Below, in pieces: positions 10,148-20,257 of a DNA stretch of 32,000 bases. The notes under the pieces were generated by a model. It did no database searches and was not told the origin of the DNA. It saw only the letters and a list, made by a program, of their open reading frames with translations. Origin of the DNA: Nitrosopumilaceae archaeon. Lineage in GTDB: Archaea > Thermoproteota > Nitrososphaeria > Nitrososphaerales > Nitrosopumilaceae. Both the position numbers and the translations under genes were made by a program. Each line of letters opens with the position of its first letter. The first letter of the stretch is position 1. The DNA lies in the NCBI GenBank assembly GCA_965200155.1, contig CBDATR010000031.1, positions 11,321 to 43,320 on the forward strand. Direction: 5' to 3'.

Positions 10148-10858
10148 TTGCTCGTGCCGGTTCAGGAATATATTATGCCGCCTTGTGTTGCATGTGTGAA
10201 CGTGACACCTGCCTGGGATATCAAACATGACTGCCCGATAAATGTACCTTCCTTCTTTGATAAATGGGCCATGACTGGACTTGACGAGAGGCTGGAGGAA
10301 GGCCACGGATACAGCGTCCGGATGTATCTACGCAGCACGATACTGCCGGAGCGGTTCTCGTTTCTGGATGTGGGGTGCGGTAATGGCTGGGTGGTACGCA
10401 TGATGTCCCGGTATGATGGGTGTCACAGGGCCGTGGGCATTGACAAGAGCGCTGGCATGATAAATAACGCGCGCCGCCGCATTCATGGACACAAGGAGGA
10501 ATACTTTGCCACACCACTGGAGGAGTGGGACATGGTTCCCTTTGATATCATATTCTCCATGGAGTCCCTATATTACATGGAGTCCATGAGTGATGCCATT
10601 GCCAAGATACACTCGCTGCTGGTTCCCGGTGGCATATTCATATGCGGGACTGATTATTACGCGGAGAACCAGGAAACGCAGGTGTGGGGTGATCTCGTAG
10701 ATGATACCATGCACCTGCTCTCTGAGAGTCAGTGGGTGTCACTCTTTGAGGATGCCGGTTTTGGGGTACGTGCCACCCGTCTGCGCAATCCCGGCCATCC
10801 CGTAAAGTGGAAAAGGGATGAAGGTACGCTGTTTTTAGTCGGGAAACGACAGGACTAG
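10148..10858 (+). CDS. class I SAM-dependent methyltransferase (start codon uncertain)
   Basis: FSFLDVGCGNGWVVRMMSR...AVGIDKSAGMINNARRR...FDIIFSMESLYYME...LLVPGGIFICGTDYY. Confidence 0.88.
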   Translation: MLVPVQEYIMPPCVACVNVTPAWDIKHDCPINVPSFFDKWAMTGLDERLEEGHGYSVRMYLRSTILPERFSFLDVGCGNGWVVRMMSRYDGCHRAVGIDKSAGMINNARRRIHGHKEEYFATPLEEWDMVPFDIIFSMESLYYMESMSDAIAKIHSLLVPGGIFICGTDYYAENQETQVWGDLVDDTMHLLSESQWVSLFEDAGFGVRATRLRNPGHPVKWKRDEGTLFLVGKRQD

Positions 10859-11221
10859 TACGCTTTGCATATTCTCGCCTTTACGCCTCAGAATCATTGT
10901 AGCCGATCATGCAATACTACGGAGATTATGCATAAAGGTTAGAGAATCCAGGATAGTGATGGATTTTGTACGTGATCGTTTTGAGCATTGTTGCCTGCAG
11001 ACCTATTTGCATAATGTCCTACAAAGATCACCATACCGGAAACCGTATTCGCCATGATGTTACACGATACATGTCTGGAAACGGCGCGGCATGGGGGTGG
11101 TCATTCCGGCGCACTGCAAGTTCTGGGTTGATCATCCGGCCTTGCTATATGCAGGAGTATGACATTGATGTTATGTGAGTGATGTTTCATACCGAAATTA
11201 TATCGCTTAGTCATCCGTATC

Positions 11222-11621
11222 CTTTCCATCCATTTTGGGTCGTTCTATCTTGATGCGCGCCTGTTACGAAATGCCCTGAGCGGGGTCTCCAGGTTATGCA
11301 TGTCAAGAGCAAAGTGAAGCCGTATCTCATTGTAGTATTCTACATAATCTGACAGGCTTTCATAATGGAATATCTCATCCTAGATGCTCCGGTGAAATTG
11401 CTCCATCTTACCATTGGTCTGGGGGTGGCGGGGATGGCTATTGATGAGCTCAATACCCCGATTGAGCAGCTCATTCTAGAATATGGTGGGCTTCCATTTC
11501 TTCTTTGGAGCCTTGCTACGCGCTCCAACGAGGCATGATCCATTATCGGACAGTATATATGCCGGGGTTCCGAACTGCTCTATGGCCTTGCGTAATGGCG
11601 TTCTCGGACGTGGCCTCCCGG
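11222..11621 (-). pseudogene. diverged IS481-like transposase C-terminal remnant
   Basis: Reverse-strand frames give ...YILSDNGSCLVGARSK... and ELINSHPRHPQTNGKMEQFHRSI*DEIFHYESLSDYVEYYNEIRLHFALDMHNLETPLRAFRNR with stops. Confidence 0.8.
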
Positions 11622-12588
11622 TGTAATGTATGAAAAGTCGGTCCGCTAGTCATTGGTATCTCGCTCCATCCATTTTGCATCATTTGCCCTAATTGTCTGG
11701 GTCGCCTTTTTATTCCTGGAGTGGTGTCTCGCCGTTATCTATATCCCGTGAGAAGTGCAACCTTCTCTCATTGTAGTAGTCCACATAATCCCGGAGACTG
11801 TCATAATGCCAAATCTCGTCCTCAATCATTCCATGGAAGCGCTCCAGTTTGCCATTTGTCTGCGGGTGGTATGTCTGGAATTGATTAGTATGATGTCTTG
11901 ATCCAGCAGTTCTTCCTTGAATAGTGTTGGTTTCCAGCTTTTCTTGCCCTTTTATTGTCCTACGAAACACGCGCCGTTATCCGAGATGCAGGGGCGCCGA
12001 ATCGTTTCATTGCCAGTCTCAGTAATAGAGTGGCGTTCTCTGAGGTTGCATGCTCAAATAGTGCCGCTCCGACTATGCACCTGGATGCATCATCTATGAG
12101 ATTCAGTTCCCTGAAGCGCTCATCTTTCATGACATGCCAGTGCCACATTGCATTGGAATATTTACGCTCATAGCGTACCCACTCTGACTTTGCAGGTGAT
12201 GAGACTGTCGTACCGTTCTTTTTCATTATGCGATATACTGCGCGATATGATATATTGTAATTCTGTCTAAGCCTCTTTGCAATACGTACTACTCCGGCGG
12301 GATCCTTGCTGTATGCTTCAGTTACCATTCGTATCTGGGTGGCGGTGATTGGTATCATGGGCCTGCCCATCTTTACTCGAGTCGTTCCCGTCCTCTGGAA
12401 TCGGGCCCACAATCTTCGTACGTGTCTTGTTTCAGGTCTTGAGCTATTTTGGTGGTGGCAACGCCTCTTTTGCGTTGTCTTACTATTGATTCCTCTGTTA
12501 TTCTCTTTACCATAGCCTTTCGTGGCTTGTGCAATCTGAACTACTGTACGCCGGATCCTAAGCGGACTTACTTTTCGTACTATTGACA
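11622..12588 (-). mobile_element. IS481-like element (copy 1), defective transposase
   Basis: Ends TGTAATGTATGAAAAGTCGGTCCGC and (rc) TGTCAATAGTACGAAAAGTAAGTCCGC. ORF 11960..12628 covers HTH and DDE start; ORF 11710..11970 covers HPQTNGKLERFHGMIEDEIWHYDSLRDYVDYYNERR. Confidence 0.88.
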
Positions 12589-12595
12589 AGGTAAG

Positions 12596-12687
12596 GTATG
12601 AGTTCACGTCTTCCGGAATCTTGTGCACAAATCACATTAACTGTCGCGATCAGTTGTGCGTAAATTTAGACACAGGTGAACTCATAC
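12596..12687 (-). repeat. 92-bp MITE
   Basis: TSD AAGGTAAG at 12588-12595 and 12688-12695. Confidence 0.97.
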
Positions 12688-13038
12688 AAGGTAAGAGTGA
12701 CCAACAAAAGTCTAATACGCACTCACGGCAAACCGGCCTCTATCAAACTGCTCTAAAGTACGCATACAAAAATAATGGATGTGTGAAACTGTTCGCGCGG
12801 GACGACGTGGGTATTGTCAAAGATGGTGATGTTTTCATTTATGCGGGCACACAATATGCACGTGATAAAAATACTGTCGAATATGGCTGACATAGAGATC
12901 TATTCTGGTCGTAACGCTATCTGCTTAACTATTTAAAAAGTCGATAAACGCATTGCGAACTAAAATGTCGTCATTGTGAGGATACACTACTATCAATAAG
13001 ACACTATATTTCTATATATGTATTGTGTTCGATGTGAT

Positions 13039-13164
13039 GTAACCGTTTAGGTCACCCCTGAATAAAATACACTGCTAACATGCCTGTTCTCGCTTTTTCT
13101 ATCTTACATATGCCCATGAATTTACCATCTGGGTGTTAATCTTTAACGCGACCTAAACGGTTAC
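13039..13164. repeat. Inverted-repeat element family R4 (copy b), 126 bp
   Basis: GTAACCGTTTAGGTCAC...GCGACCTAAACGGTTAC. Confidence 0.85.
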
Positions 13165-13214
13165 CTAAAGTCGTGTGCGAATACATTTAACGGGGATACG
13201 CAATATTATAAGTA

Positions 13215-13628
13215 GTGAACGTTAGACGGGTTGGCAATGTCATACTGGCAGTAAAGGATATTGACAAATCCAAGTACTTTTATCATAATCTGATAGGTCT
13301 CCCCGTTCGTATGGAGCGGCGGGCATGGGTTGATCTTGGTACTACCGGAGCACTTCTAAGTCTTCATCCCGCTTCGTTGGCAGCTGAGCACACGGGTGGT
13401 TCCATCGACAATGGCATAACCATAGGTTTCCTTGTTGGTGATGTGAAATCCGCGCTAGAGGAGCTGCGCTCTCAGGGCGTACGCGTATATCGCGAGATAG
13501 TGATAAGAGATGCAGGCAAAAATGCTATTGTATATGACCCTGACGAATACTTGGTATCACTATTTGAACCAAACTTCAAGGACAAAGATCAGCAGACCGG
13601 TGGCTACCACGGTTTTACGCCAGTATAA
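13215..13628 (+). CDS. VOC family (glyoxalase/bleomycin resistance) protein
   Basis: 137 aa from GTG; VGNVILAVKDIDKSKYFYHNLIGLPV...DVKSALEELRSQGV...VYDPDEYLVSLFEP. Confidence 0.9.
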   Translation: MNVRRVGNVILAVKDIDKSKYFYHNLIGLPVRMERRAWVDLGTTGALLSLHPASLAAEHTGGSIDNGITIGFLVGDVKSALEELRSQGVRVYREIVIRDAGKNAIVYDPDEYLVSLFEPNFKDKDQQTGGYHGFTPV

Positions 13629-13647
13629 GTAAAATATAATGACATAT

Positions 13648-14037
13648 CTAATTTGAAATCACAGTCTTTGCCTGTCGTACAAGATCCATGTATTGTTGCT
13701 CCTCGGCGTCTATGGTAATTATAAATGATACCTTTCCGCTAGGAATGAGTACTAACTTTACCTTTTCATGACGCAGTAACATGTGTTGCAATTTGCCTAT
13801 ACTATCCTCGGTATCTATGCTGGTGTGAGCTAGTGTGGACATTAAAAAGAAGACATCTCTTGCCTTCTCCTTGTTGAGCAGTGGGCTAGCTCCGGTTCGT
13901 ATGAATCCTGCTAGTGTGCGGCCGTACTTGTTTATGGCGCCCACATATCTTATGCTTTGGGACAGGTTCATTATACTCTTGCATATCTTGCCGGACTCTG
14001 TGACTGTGTGTTTCCATTTCTCCTCACTGTGAGACAT
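13648..14037 (-). CDS. DUF6659-like conserved archaeal protein (paralog 2)
   Basis: 129 aa; RYVGAINKYGRTLAGFIRTGASPLLNKEKARDVFFLMSTLAHTSID. Confidence 0.7.
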   Translation of the reverse strand: MSHSEEKWKHTVTESGKICKSIMNLSQSIRYVGAINKYGRTLAGFIRTGASPLLNKEKARDVFFLMSTLAHTSIDTEDSIGKLQHMLLRHEKVKLVLIPSGKVSFIITIDAEEQQYMDLVRQAKTVISN

Positions 14038-14187
14038 TTGATATATTCTCTCATGTTGGATATTTATGCTGTCTGGATATGCCTGTGAATTTGGCCCGGA
14101 CTTGATGAATATACGGTTTACCGCGAATAAAGATTTGGCGTTGCAATCCTGACCGCCGCGTTTCGTAACACAGAAATATGCTTCTTA

Positions 14188-14577
14188 TTGATTGATGATA
14201 TGGACCCCCACATACTGCAGCATATGCAAAACTTGTATGGACTAAATCCTGATGCTCCACACATGGCACTGGGGTTTCCCCGACTGCCACCCTTGGCACA
14301 CAAGAGGCTTTTGGGCCCGGGCAGCTCCATGACCGAGAGACTGGGCTCGCCCAGGGATGTGGCACGCGCGGATATGGACGGGTTTGCCGAAGAGTTCAGG
14401 GAAAGGACTGCCGCGCTAGTTTCCGGGGACGGGTTCCTGCCTGCCGGCCATCCACTGAGTAACAAAAAGCATCGCCTCCGGGCCCTTGTGGCGGAGAACC
14501 AGCGACTACAACAGGAGAACCAGGATCTCAAGCAAAAACTGGCGGCATCAGAGAAGCGGGATCAATTCTCCAGCTGA
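14188..14577 (+). CDS. hypothetical protein with C-terminal coiled coil
   Basis: 129 aa; ...RLRALVAENQRLQQENQDLKQKLAASEKR; overlaps the antisense ORF 14118..14531, which looks less protein-like. Confidence 0.55.
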   Translation: MIDDMDPHILQHMQNLYGLNPDAPHMALGFPRLPPLAHKRLLGPGSSMTERLGSPRDVARADMDGFAEEFRERTAALVSGDGFLPAGHPLSNKKHRLRALVAENQRLQQENQDLKQKLAASEKRDQFSS

Positions 14578-14777
14578 GCCAGCAGTCTGACTATTATACG
14601 CGAATTCTCTCGGCGCTGTTTCCGTATATCTTCTATCTTGTGCTTATCCCGGCCTGCCATTACCAGTGAAAAATACTCCTCGTCCAGCGTACTGTTCTCG
14701 CTATACCTTTTGATAATCTCGAATAGAACCCCGATCAGCTGATTCTGCGCCTGTATCAGGTCATCCTTCTCACTCAT
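14562..14777 (-). CDS. small hypothetical protein
   Basis: 71 aa, directly upstream/overlapping context with the HD-domain gene (stop at 14562, start at 14777 overlaps 14774). Confidence 0.5.
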   Translation of the reverse strand: MSEKDDLIQAQNQLIGVLFEIIKRYSENSTLDEEYFSLVMAGRDKHKIEDIRKQRRENSRIIVRLLAQLEN

Positions 14778-15289
14778 AATCCTGCATCCTGTCCAACACT
14801 CATTACGCGCCTGCCAGTTATGTCTTTTCTGTAGGATTCCATAAATGACTGGAAGTCTTCCGGTTTCATAATGTCCTTGTATCTTTTTGCCTGCAATGCC
14901 ATATCCAGACGATCTGCATCCCTAACAATTGCTGCCTCGGGGCTGTCCTGACGTGCATACTCGCGCCACACACTGGCATATTGCTCCCGCAACGGTTCCG
15001 GTAGGTGGCCCAGTATCTCATCCATGGCCTTTTGCTCCATTTCCCTTTTGCACTCATGTGGCATATGGCCGGGTATTATATCGCCGATTATGGACTCTGC
15101 CAGGTCATGCAGCAGCGCCATCCGAACGGCTTTGCAAACATCAAGGCCCTCCATATCCGCCATAATCATGGATAAAATGGCCGTTCCGTACGAATGTGCC
15201 GCAACAGACTCCGGGTTTTCCACACCGGCATTGAGCCAGCCCTGCCGTGGTACGCCCTTGAGATTAAACGCTGCTTGTATAATGTCCAT
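14774..15289 (-). CDS. HD domain-containing hydrolase (YfbR/HDDC2-like)
   Basis: 171 aa; ESVAAHSYGTAILSMIM...RMALLHDLAESIIGDIIPGH...AIVRDADRLDMALQA. Confidence 0.9.
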   Translation of the reverse strand: MDIIQAAFNLKGVPRQGWLNAGVENPESVAAHSYGTAILSMIMADMEGLDVCKAVRMALLHDLAESIIGDIIPGHMPHECKREMEQKAMDEILGHLPEPLREQYASVWREYARQDSPEAAIVRDADRLDMALQAKRYKDIMKPEDFQSFMESYRKDITGRRVMSVGQDAGL

Positions 15290-15431
15290 CTATAACATTT
15301 TCTTGAAATTGATCAATTATAATGTCTGGCATGAAGTTTGTTGCATAACTGCCCTATTTCCAAATCCTATTACCGCAGGATATGGCTCACACAAATGGGG
15401 TGTTTTATACCACTAAGCGGTAACTTTTCTT

Positions 15432-15854
15432 GTGGAGATAGACCAGCCCCAGGATCCCGATTATGACTCGGTATGCATAAGATATGTGGGCCTTGCGGAT
15501 CCTCATGCTTTGGAGGGGATAAGCATACTTCAGGCCGCCGATGGTAGGGAGTTTCACATGAGAGCCTTCTCCGGCGAGGTGGCGCGCTTCATAGCCAGGT
15601 ATAACGCTGGCGGAGCGGATCCGGTACCCTCCGTATACAGTATGATAGGGGATATCTGCGAGACCAACGGCCTTACGCTGGTCAAGGTGAAAATATACGA
15701 GTCCGGTCAGGCGCTGAGGGCAAACCTGTACTTTACCGGCAAAAAAGACATGATACTGCGCAACTATCGTGCATCGGACGCGCTGGCCATGGCCTCCTAT
15801 ACGGGCGTTCCCATACTGGTACGCAGTAGCCTGCTACAAAGTCTGGATGCCTGA
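15432..15854 (+). CDS. bifunctional nuclease (BFN/DUF151) family protein
   Basis: 140 aa; VCIRYVGLADPHALEGISILQAADGREFHMRAFSGEVA...GLTLVKVKIYESGQALRANLYFTGKK...SDALAMASYTGVPILV. Confidence 0.8.
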   Translation: MEIDQPQDPDYDSVCIRYVGLADPHALEGISILQAADGREFHMRAFSGEVARFIARYNAGGADPVPSVYSMIGDICETNGLTLVKVKIYESGQALRANLYFTGKKDMILRNYRASDALAMASYTGVPILVRSSLLQSLDA

Positions 15855-15985
15855 TGGTATGAGTTTGTGTCTTAATCATATGTACTAATAATTCCAATCC
15901 GTCGTGGATAAAATTGGACACACGTGAATTCTTCTGATTAATCCAAAACTCCACGTTTATTAGGCCCATCATATCGCGTGTTCTA

Positions 15986-17236
15986 GTGCGAACCATACTA
16001 GTCGTGGTTGCGGTGGCCTTGTCGGTTGCCATCGCGGGTATTATCACATTTGGGGGCCAGCCCGCTAATGTTGCCCAGTCCGGGGATGATACAATTCCGC
16101 CTACCCGCACCATACTCATAGGCTCCCTGCATCCATTGACCGGTTCTTTAAGCACACTGGGAGTGGAGACCATTCATGCCACGGAGCTGGCCGTACATGA
16201 CTTTAACCAGTACCTGGAGGAGCAGGGAGAAGACTGGAGGATGAGTCTCATAAGCGAGGACACCGCTACCACCCCTGCGGTCGCCCTAGACAAGCTGCAG
16301 ACCCTGCATTCCAGGGGCATCGATATAGTGATAGGGCCGGTTACCAGCGCCAATATACAGAACACAAAGGGGTACGCGGATGCCAACGATATCATAATGT
16401 TTAGCTGCTGCTCTTCCTCCTCTGCCCTAGCCATACCGGATGACAACATATTCCGTATCTCGCTGGACAACAAGAAGCACGGCGTCGCCATGGGCAAGAT
16501 AATTCGGGATAATGCCGATGTGCTGATACCGGTCTGGCGAGCAGACTCGTATGGCCAGAGTTTCCGGGATGACACGCTGGAGAACTTTGTAGCTAGGGGT
16601 GGCGTGGCGGACCCCGGAATAAGCTACAATCCTGACACGCATGATTTTAGCGCCGAGATATCCCTGCTGAACGAGAAAGTGGAGATACTGGTAGATCAGT
16701 ATGGCCCGGATAGAGTGGGCATATTATTGGTGGCCTTTGAGGATGCCATTCTGGTATTCCAGGCAGCCTCGCAATATGACATACTGCACGAGGTGCGCTG
16801 GTTTGGCTCCCAGTCCCTTTCCAAATCCCAGGTACTGGCCGAGGATCCAGTCAGCGGAAAATTTGTGGAAGAGGTGGGATTTCTCTCCACTGATGTGGCG
16901 GCAAACAAGGGCCCCAAGTTTGACATGGTTGCCGACTATGTGGCCGAAAAGACCGGTGACACTCCCTCATCATTCATGCACGGTAACTATGACAGCGTAT
17001 GGATGGTGGGCCTGACCATGCTGGATGCCGGTGCCACGGACGCGATGAGTGTCAAGTCCCGCATACCCGACATATCTGCCCAGTATCAGGGCGCCCTGGG
17101 AAACCTGCGACTTAACGATGCCGGTGATCTGGATGTTGATAACCTATCAATAGTATCATTGATGAACGGCACCTGGGTTGATGTGGGCATATATGATGCA
17201 ATAAATGATGACATAATTGGAATGCCGGATCCATAG
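15986..17236 (+). CDS. ABC transporter substrate-binding protein, branched-chain amino acid/urea type (PBP1-like)
   Basis: 416 aa; N-terminal hydrophobic segment; RTILIGSLHPLTGSLSTLGVETIHATELAVHDFNQYL...VDIVIGPVTSANIQNTKGYADANDIIMFSCCSSSS... Confidence 0.88.
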   Translation: MRTILVVVAVALSVAIAGIITFGGQPANVAQSGDDTIPPTRTILIGSLHPLTGSLSTLGVETIHATELAVHDFNQYLEEQGEDWRMSLISEDTATTPAVALDKLQTLHSRGIDIVIGPVTSANIQNTKGYADANDIIMFSCCSSSSALAIPDDNIFRISLDNKKHGVAMGKIIRDNADVLIPVWRADSYGQSFRDDTLENFVARGGVADPGISYNPDTHDFSAEISLLNEKVEILVDQYGPDRVGILLVAFEDAILVFQAASQYDILHEVRWFGSQSLSKSQVLAEDPVSGKFVEEVGFLSTDVAANKGPKFDMVADYVAEKTGDTPSSFMHGNYDSVWMVGLTMLDAGATDAMSVKSRIPDISAQYQGALGNLRLNDAGDLDVDNLSIVSLMNGTWVDVGIYDAINDDIIGMPDP

Positions 17237-17238
17237 TT

Positions 17239-18342
17239 ATGAGATCTGGCATTATCCTGTTATTGTGCATCTGTGCGGGATTATCCTCCGTATATGCCAT
17301 ATCATATCATGATACGAAATGGGGTATTGTGGCAGAACCTGTTCTGACTAACCTGGATATACCGTGGGATGCGGAATTCGCAGATGACACACTATTCTTC
17401 ACCACTCGGCACGGTACCCTGTACGTCCTGGAGAACCAGACCACTAATGTGATATTACAGCTGGATGTGGGCGGCGGCGAGGGCGGCATGCTGGGACTGG
17501 CGCTGCATCCGGACTTTGCCGAGAACAGTCTGCTTTACGTGTACTATACCGGCACAGATAACAGGGTGGTACGATACGTCTACGGGAACGGCACGCTAGT
17601 CCATGACTCCGTAATAATACAGGGAATATCCGCGGCATCAAATCACAATGGCGGCCGGGTAGCCTTTGGCCCCGATGACATGCTATATGTCACTACTGGT
17701 GATGCCGGCAACGCCGCACTCTCACAGGATGTGGCATCATTATCCGGCAAGATACTGCGCATGACTCCTGAGGGGGGTGTCCCCGATGACAACCCGATAC
17801 CTGGCTCGCTGGTATACGCGTACGGTCTTCGCAACCCCCAGGGCATGGCCTGGGATTTTAATGGCACCATGTTCGTGACGGATCATGGCCCATCCGGTTT
17901 TTATGGCCGCGCCCATGACGAGATAAACGCTATAGTACCACAGGGAAACTATGGCTGGCCCCATGCCATAGGATCCGATATTATGCCTGACATGATACCG
18001 CCCCTGATACACTCCGGGCAGGATACATGGGCTCCCTCGGGCATGGCATACGTAAGTAATAGTACCATTCCTTCATGGGATGACAAGATACTGTATGGCG
18101 CCCTGCGCGGCCAGCATATTGGTATAGTATCATTGAATGGGAGCTCATATGACAGGGCATTTGAGGGGGACCTGGGCCGTATACGGCACGTATTCCAGCA
18201 TGATAATGGTACCATATATGCCATAACCAGTAACACTGACGGGCGCGGCTCCCCGTCATCGCATGACGACATGATACTAAGATTGTCTATTGGTCAGGCC
18301 CCGGCATGCAATATGCCATCGTGGCTATCCCTTCTGTGCTAG
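17239..18342 (+). CDS. PQQ-dependent sugar dehydrogenase (soluble GDH-like)
   Basis: 367 aa; signal peptide; LTNLDIPWDAEFADDTLFFTTRHGTLYVLENQTTNVILQLDVGGGEGGMLGLALHPDFAENSLLYVYYT...GLRNPQGMAWDFNGTMFVTDHGPSG...DEINAIVPQGNYGWP. Confidence 0.93.
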   Translation: MRSGIILLLCICAGLSSVYAISYHDTKWGIVAEPVLTNLDIPWDAEFADDTLFFTTRHGTLYVLENQTTNVILQLDVGGGEGGMLGLALHPDFAENSLLYVYYTGTDNRVVRYVYGNGTLVHDSVIIQGISAASNHNGGRVAFGPDDMLYVTTGDAGNAALSQDVASLSGKILRMTPEGGVPDDNPIPGSLVYAYGLRNPQGMAWDFNGTMFVTDHGPSGFYGRAHDEINAIVPQGNYGWPHAIGSDIMPDMIPPLIHSGQDTWAPSGMAYVSNSTIPSWDDKILYGALRGQHIGIVSLNGSSYDRAFEGDLGRIRHVFQHDNGTIYAITSNTDGRGSPSSHDDMILRLSIGQAPACNMPSWLSLLC

Positions 18343-19409
18343 GTGACTATGTCGCCCAACCTGTCCTGTGATGCCGCCTGCCTTATCTCCATGGCTATGC
18401 GGCGTCCCACTCCGAAGGTGCGGCCGTACTGATACTTTGTGTATGGGGTGGTGGTGGCCAGTATGGGATTGCCCGGTACCCGCAGGGACACATCATACAC
18501 TACCATCTCCAAATCCTTGGTTATCACGCTTTGCAGGGAGAACGGGCCTATGATTCCGGGATCAAAGTCATTCCTGGCGGCACTGGCAAACTTGTCTCCC
18601 ATGTCAAATATGGTCTCCAGTAATGACTCCCGTACGGACGCGGGGGTATGGCCCACCTCTATATTCTGCAGCTTTATGTCTATCTGGGCCTGCTGGGCCG
18701 CCGGTAATGCATTATAGTCCATTATGTTGGTCTGCAGCCGCCGCTCAATGCCCATAAAGTCTACCATTCCAGTAAGTGGCGAGACAAAATAGTTGAAATT
18801 CATGTACGTGCCAATTACCAACTCCTCAATGCTGGCCCGCTCCAGGCCTTCGCGGTCTATGGTTCCCTTATCAATGGCATCATGGGATTTTTTCGTGTAA
18901 TCCTGATATGATGATACGGTAAAGAAGGCCCGTTCCAGCTGGCGACTCTTCTCCTGCACCTTTACTATACATGGTCCGTCAATGTCCCTGGGATTCTCAT
19001 ATACCCGTGGCAGCCGCAGGCCTGCCCGCCTCAGCATGTAGTATTGCCCTTTTTCTTCTGAGCGCTCCTCGGCCCGGAAGAGGCGCCTATTTCCGAATAT
19101 GGGTACAGCCAGTTCATCTTCCAGTATGTCATATCCAAGGTATACTGCCAGTGACCTGTGGGGGACCAGTATGCACTGAGTGTCGGTCATGTATTTTTGC
19201 TCCTCCACTGTTGCCATGTCTTGGAATCGCTCAAGTACGCGTATCTCGTCTGCTATGCGGGAGAATCGCCGGTATGGTGTCTGGCGGCTCTTTTGGCAGT
19301 ATATTGAGGTCTGAAAATTCTCGTCCTTGGCGCCGTCCGCTATCTCTAAAGCCGAGTGGCTTCCCAGAACGGCTATCCGGGGATTGTCATATGGTGCTGC
19401 AATATTTGC
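18339..19409 (-). CDS. purP: 5-formaminoimidazole-4-carboxamide ribonucleotide synthetase PurP
   Basis: ORF 18339..19439; ATP-grasp PurP pattern IAVLGSHSALEIADGAKDENFQTSIYCQKSRQTPY...FNYFVSPLTGMVDFMGIERRLQTN...GPFSLQSVITKDLEMVVYDVSLRVPGNP. Confidence 0.93.
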   Translation of the reverse strand, partial: ANIAAPYDNPRIAVLGSHSALEIADGAKDENFQTSIYCQKSRQTPYRRFSRIADEIRVLERFQDMATVEEQKYMTDTQCILVPHRSLAVYLGYDILEDELAVPIFGNRRLFRAEERSEEKGQYYMLRRAGLRLPRVYENPRDIDGPCIVKVQEKSRQLERAFFTVSSYQDYTKKSHDAIDKGTIDREGLERASIEELVIGTYMNFNYFVSPLTGMVDFMGIERRLQTNIMDYNALPAAQQAQIDIKLQNIEVGHTPASVRESLLETIFDMGDKFASAARNDFDPGIIGPFSLQSVITKDLEMVVYDVSLRVPGNPILATTTPYTKYQYGRTFGVGRRIAMEIRQAASQDRLGDIVT

Positions 19410-19489
19410 CATTTCGTTGCGCCTTATCATTGGTATCATGTGTTATGATGGGGCATAATTTGATATTTTGCATGTGACTTGTTACTTGC

Positions 19490-19581
19490 GTATGAGTTCA
19501 CCTGTGTCTAAATTTACGCACAACTGATCGCGACAGTTAATGTGATTTGTGCACAAGATTCCGGAAGACGTGAACTCATAC
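19490..19581 (+). repeat. 92-bp MITE
   Basis: TSD TTACTTGC at 19482-19489 and 19582-19589. Confidence 0.97.
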
Positions 19582-19635
19582 TTACTTGCTGTTATAATAC
19601 GTGAGTACTGGACATGTTCCTAGAGTCTATATATC

Positions 19636-19932
19636 ATGAACTCTTATTCTTTTGTGATGCTGGTAGACATGAGGCTGTTGGCCGGTGGCGGTTCCATGCT
19701 GGTTGCAGGACTTGTTCTTACGGGGGTACTGGGCATGATGCAGCCTGCGGGCCAGTCGGGCATGACCGAGGAGCAGATACTGGATTTGCTGGAGCAGGAG
19801 CGACAGAACGAGGATATGAGGATGCTGGCAGGCATACTGGCCGGTGTGGGATTTCTGTTAATACTGGTAAGTTTTGGTGCCCGGCGACGACGCCGGGGCG
19901 GCGCCAAAGAGAGCATCAAAAAGCCCGCATAG
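19636..19932 (+). CDS. small membrane protein, hypothetical
   Basis: 98 aa, two hydrophobic segments around an acidic linker and a C-terminal RRRRRGG stretch. Confidence 0.6.
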   Translation: MNSYSFVMLVDMRLLAGGGSMLVAGLVLTGVLGMMQPAGQSGMTEEQILDLLEQERQNEDMRMLAGILAGVGFLLILVSFGARRRRRGGAKESIKKPA

Positions 19933-19942
19933 TCCATGGTGA

Positions 19943-20257
19943 TTGTATCATATGGTAATGGCCGAGATTAGCGTGACTCCGGTGGGTACGGGCCAGACCG
20001 GAGTATCGTTCTATGTTGCCCGGGCCTTGGAGGCAGTATCGAGCATGCCTCATGTACGGTATGAGCTTAACCCCATGGGGACGGTTCTGGAGGCCGATGA
20101 CATAGAACATGTTCTGGATGCCGCCAAGCTTATGGTTACAGTACTGCATAATCTGGGTGTGGCCAGGGTGAGTGTTATAATGAAGATAGACTCCCGGCAG
20201 GACAAGCACGATACCATGTCCGATAAGGTCAAGTCAGTGTACAGGCATATGGGCTAG
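19943..20257 (+). CDS. MTH1187-family thiamine-binding-like protein (DUF77)
   Basis: ISVTPVGTGQTGVSFYVARALEAVSSMPHVRYELNPMGTVLEADDIEHVLDAAKLM...RVSVIMKIDSRQDK. Confidence 0.88.
   Translation: MYHMVMAEISVTPVGTGQTGVSFYVARALEAVSSMPHVRYELNPMGTVLEADDIEHVLDAAKLMVTVLHNLGVARVSVIMKIDSRQDKHDTMSDKVKSVYRHMG

Noticed and set aside
12621-12890. ORF 12621..12890 as a real gene
   Set aside because: The first ~22 codons are MITE sequence; the remainder (KSDQQKSNTHSRQTG...) has no recognised family and lies in an IS-rich segment.
18971-19477. 168-aa plus-strand ORF 18971..19477
   Set aside because: Antisense to purP; no protein-like motifs.
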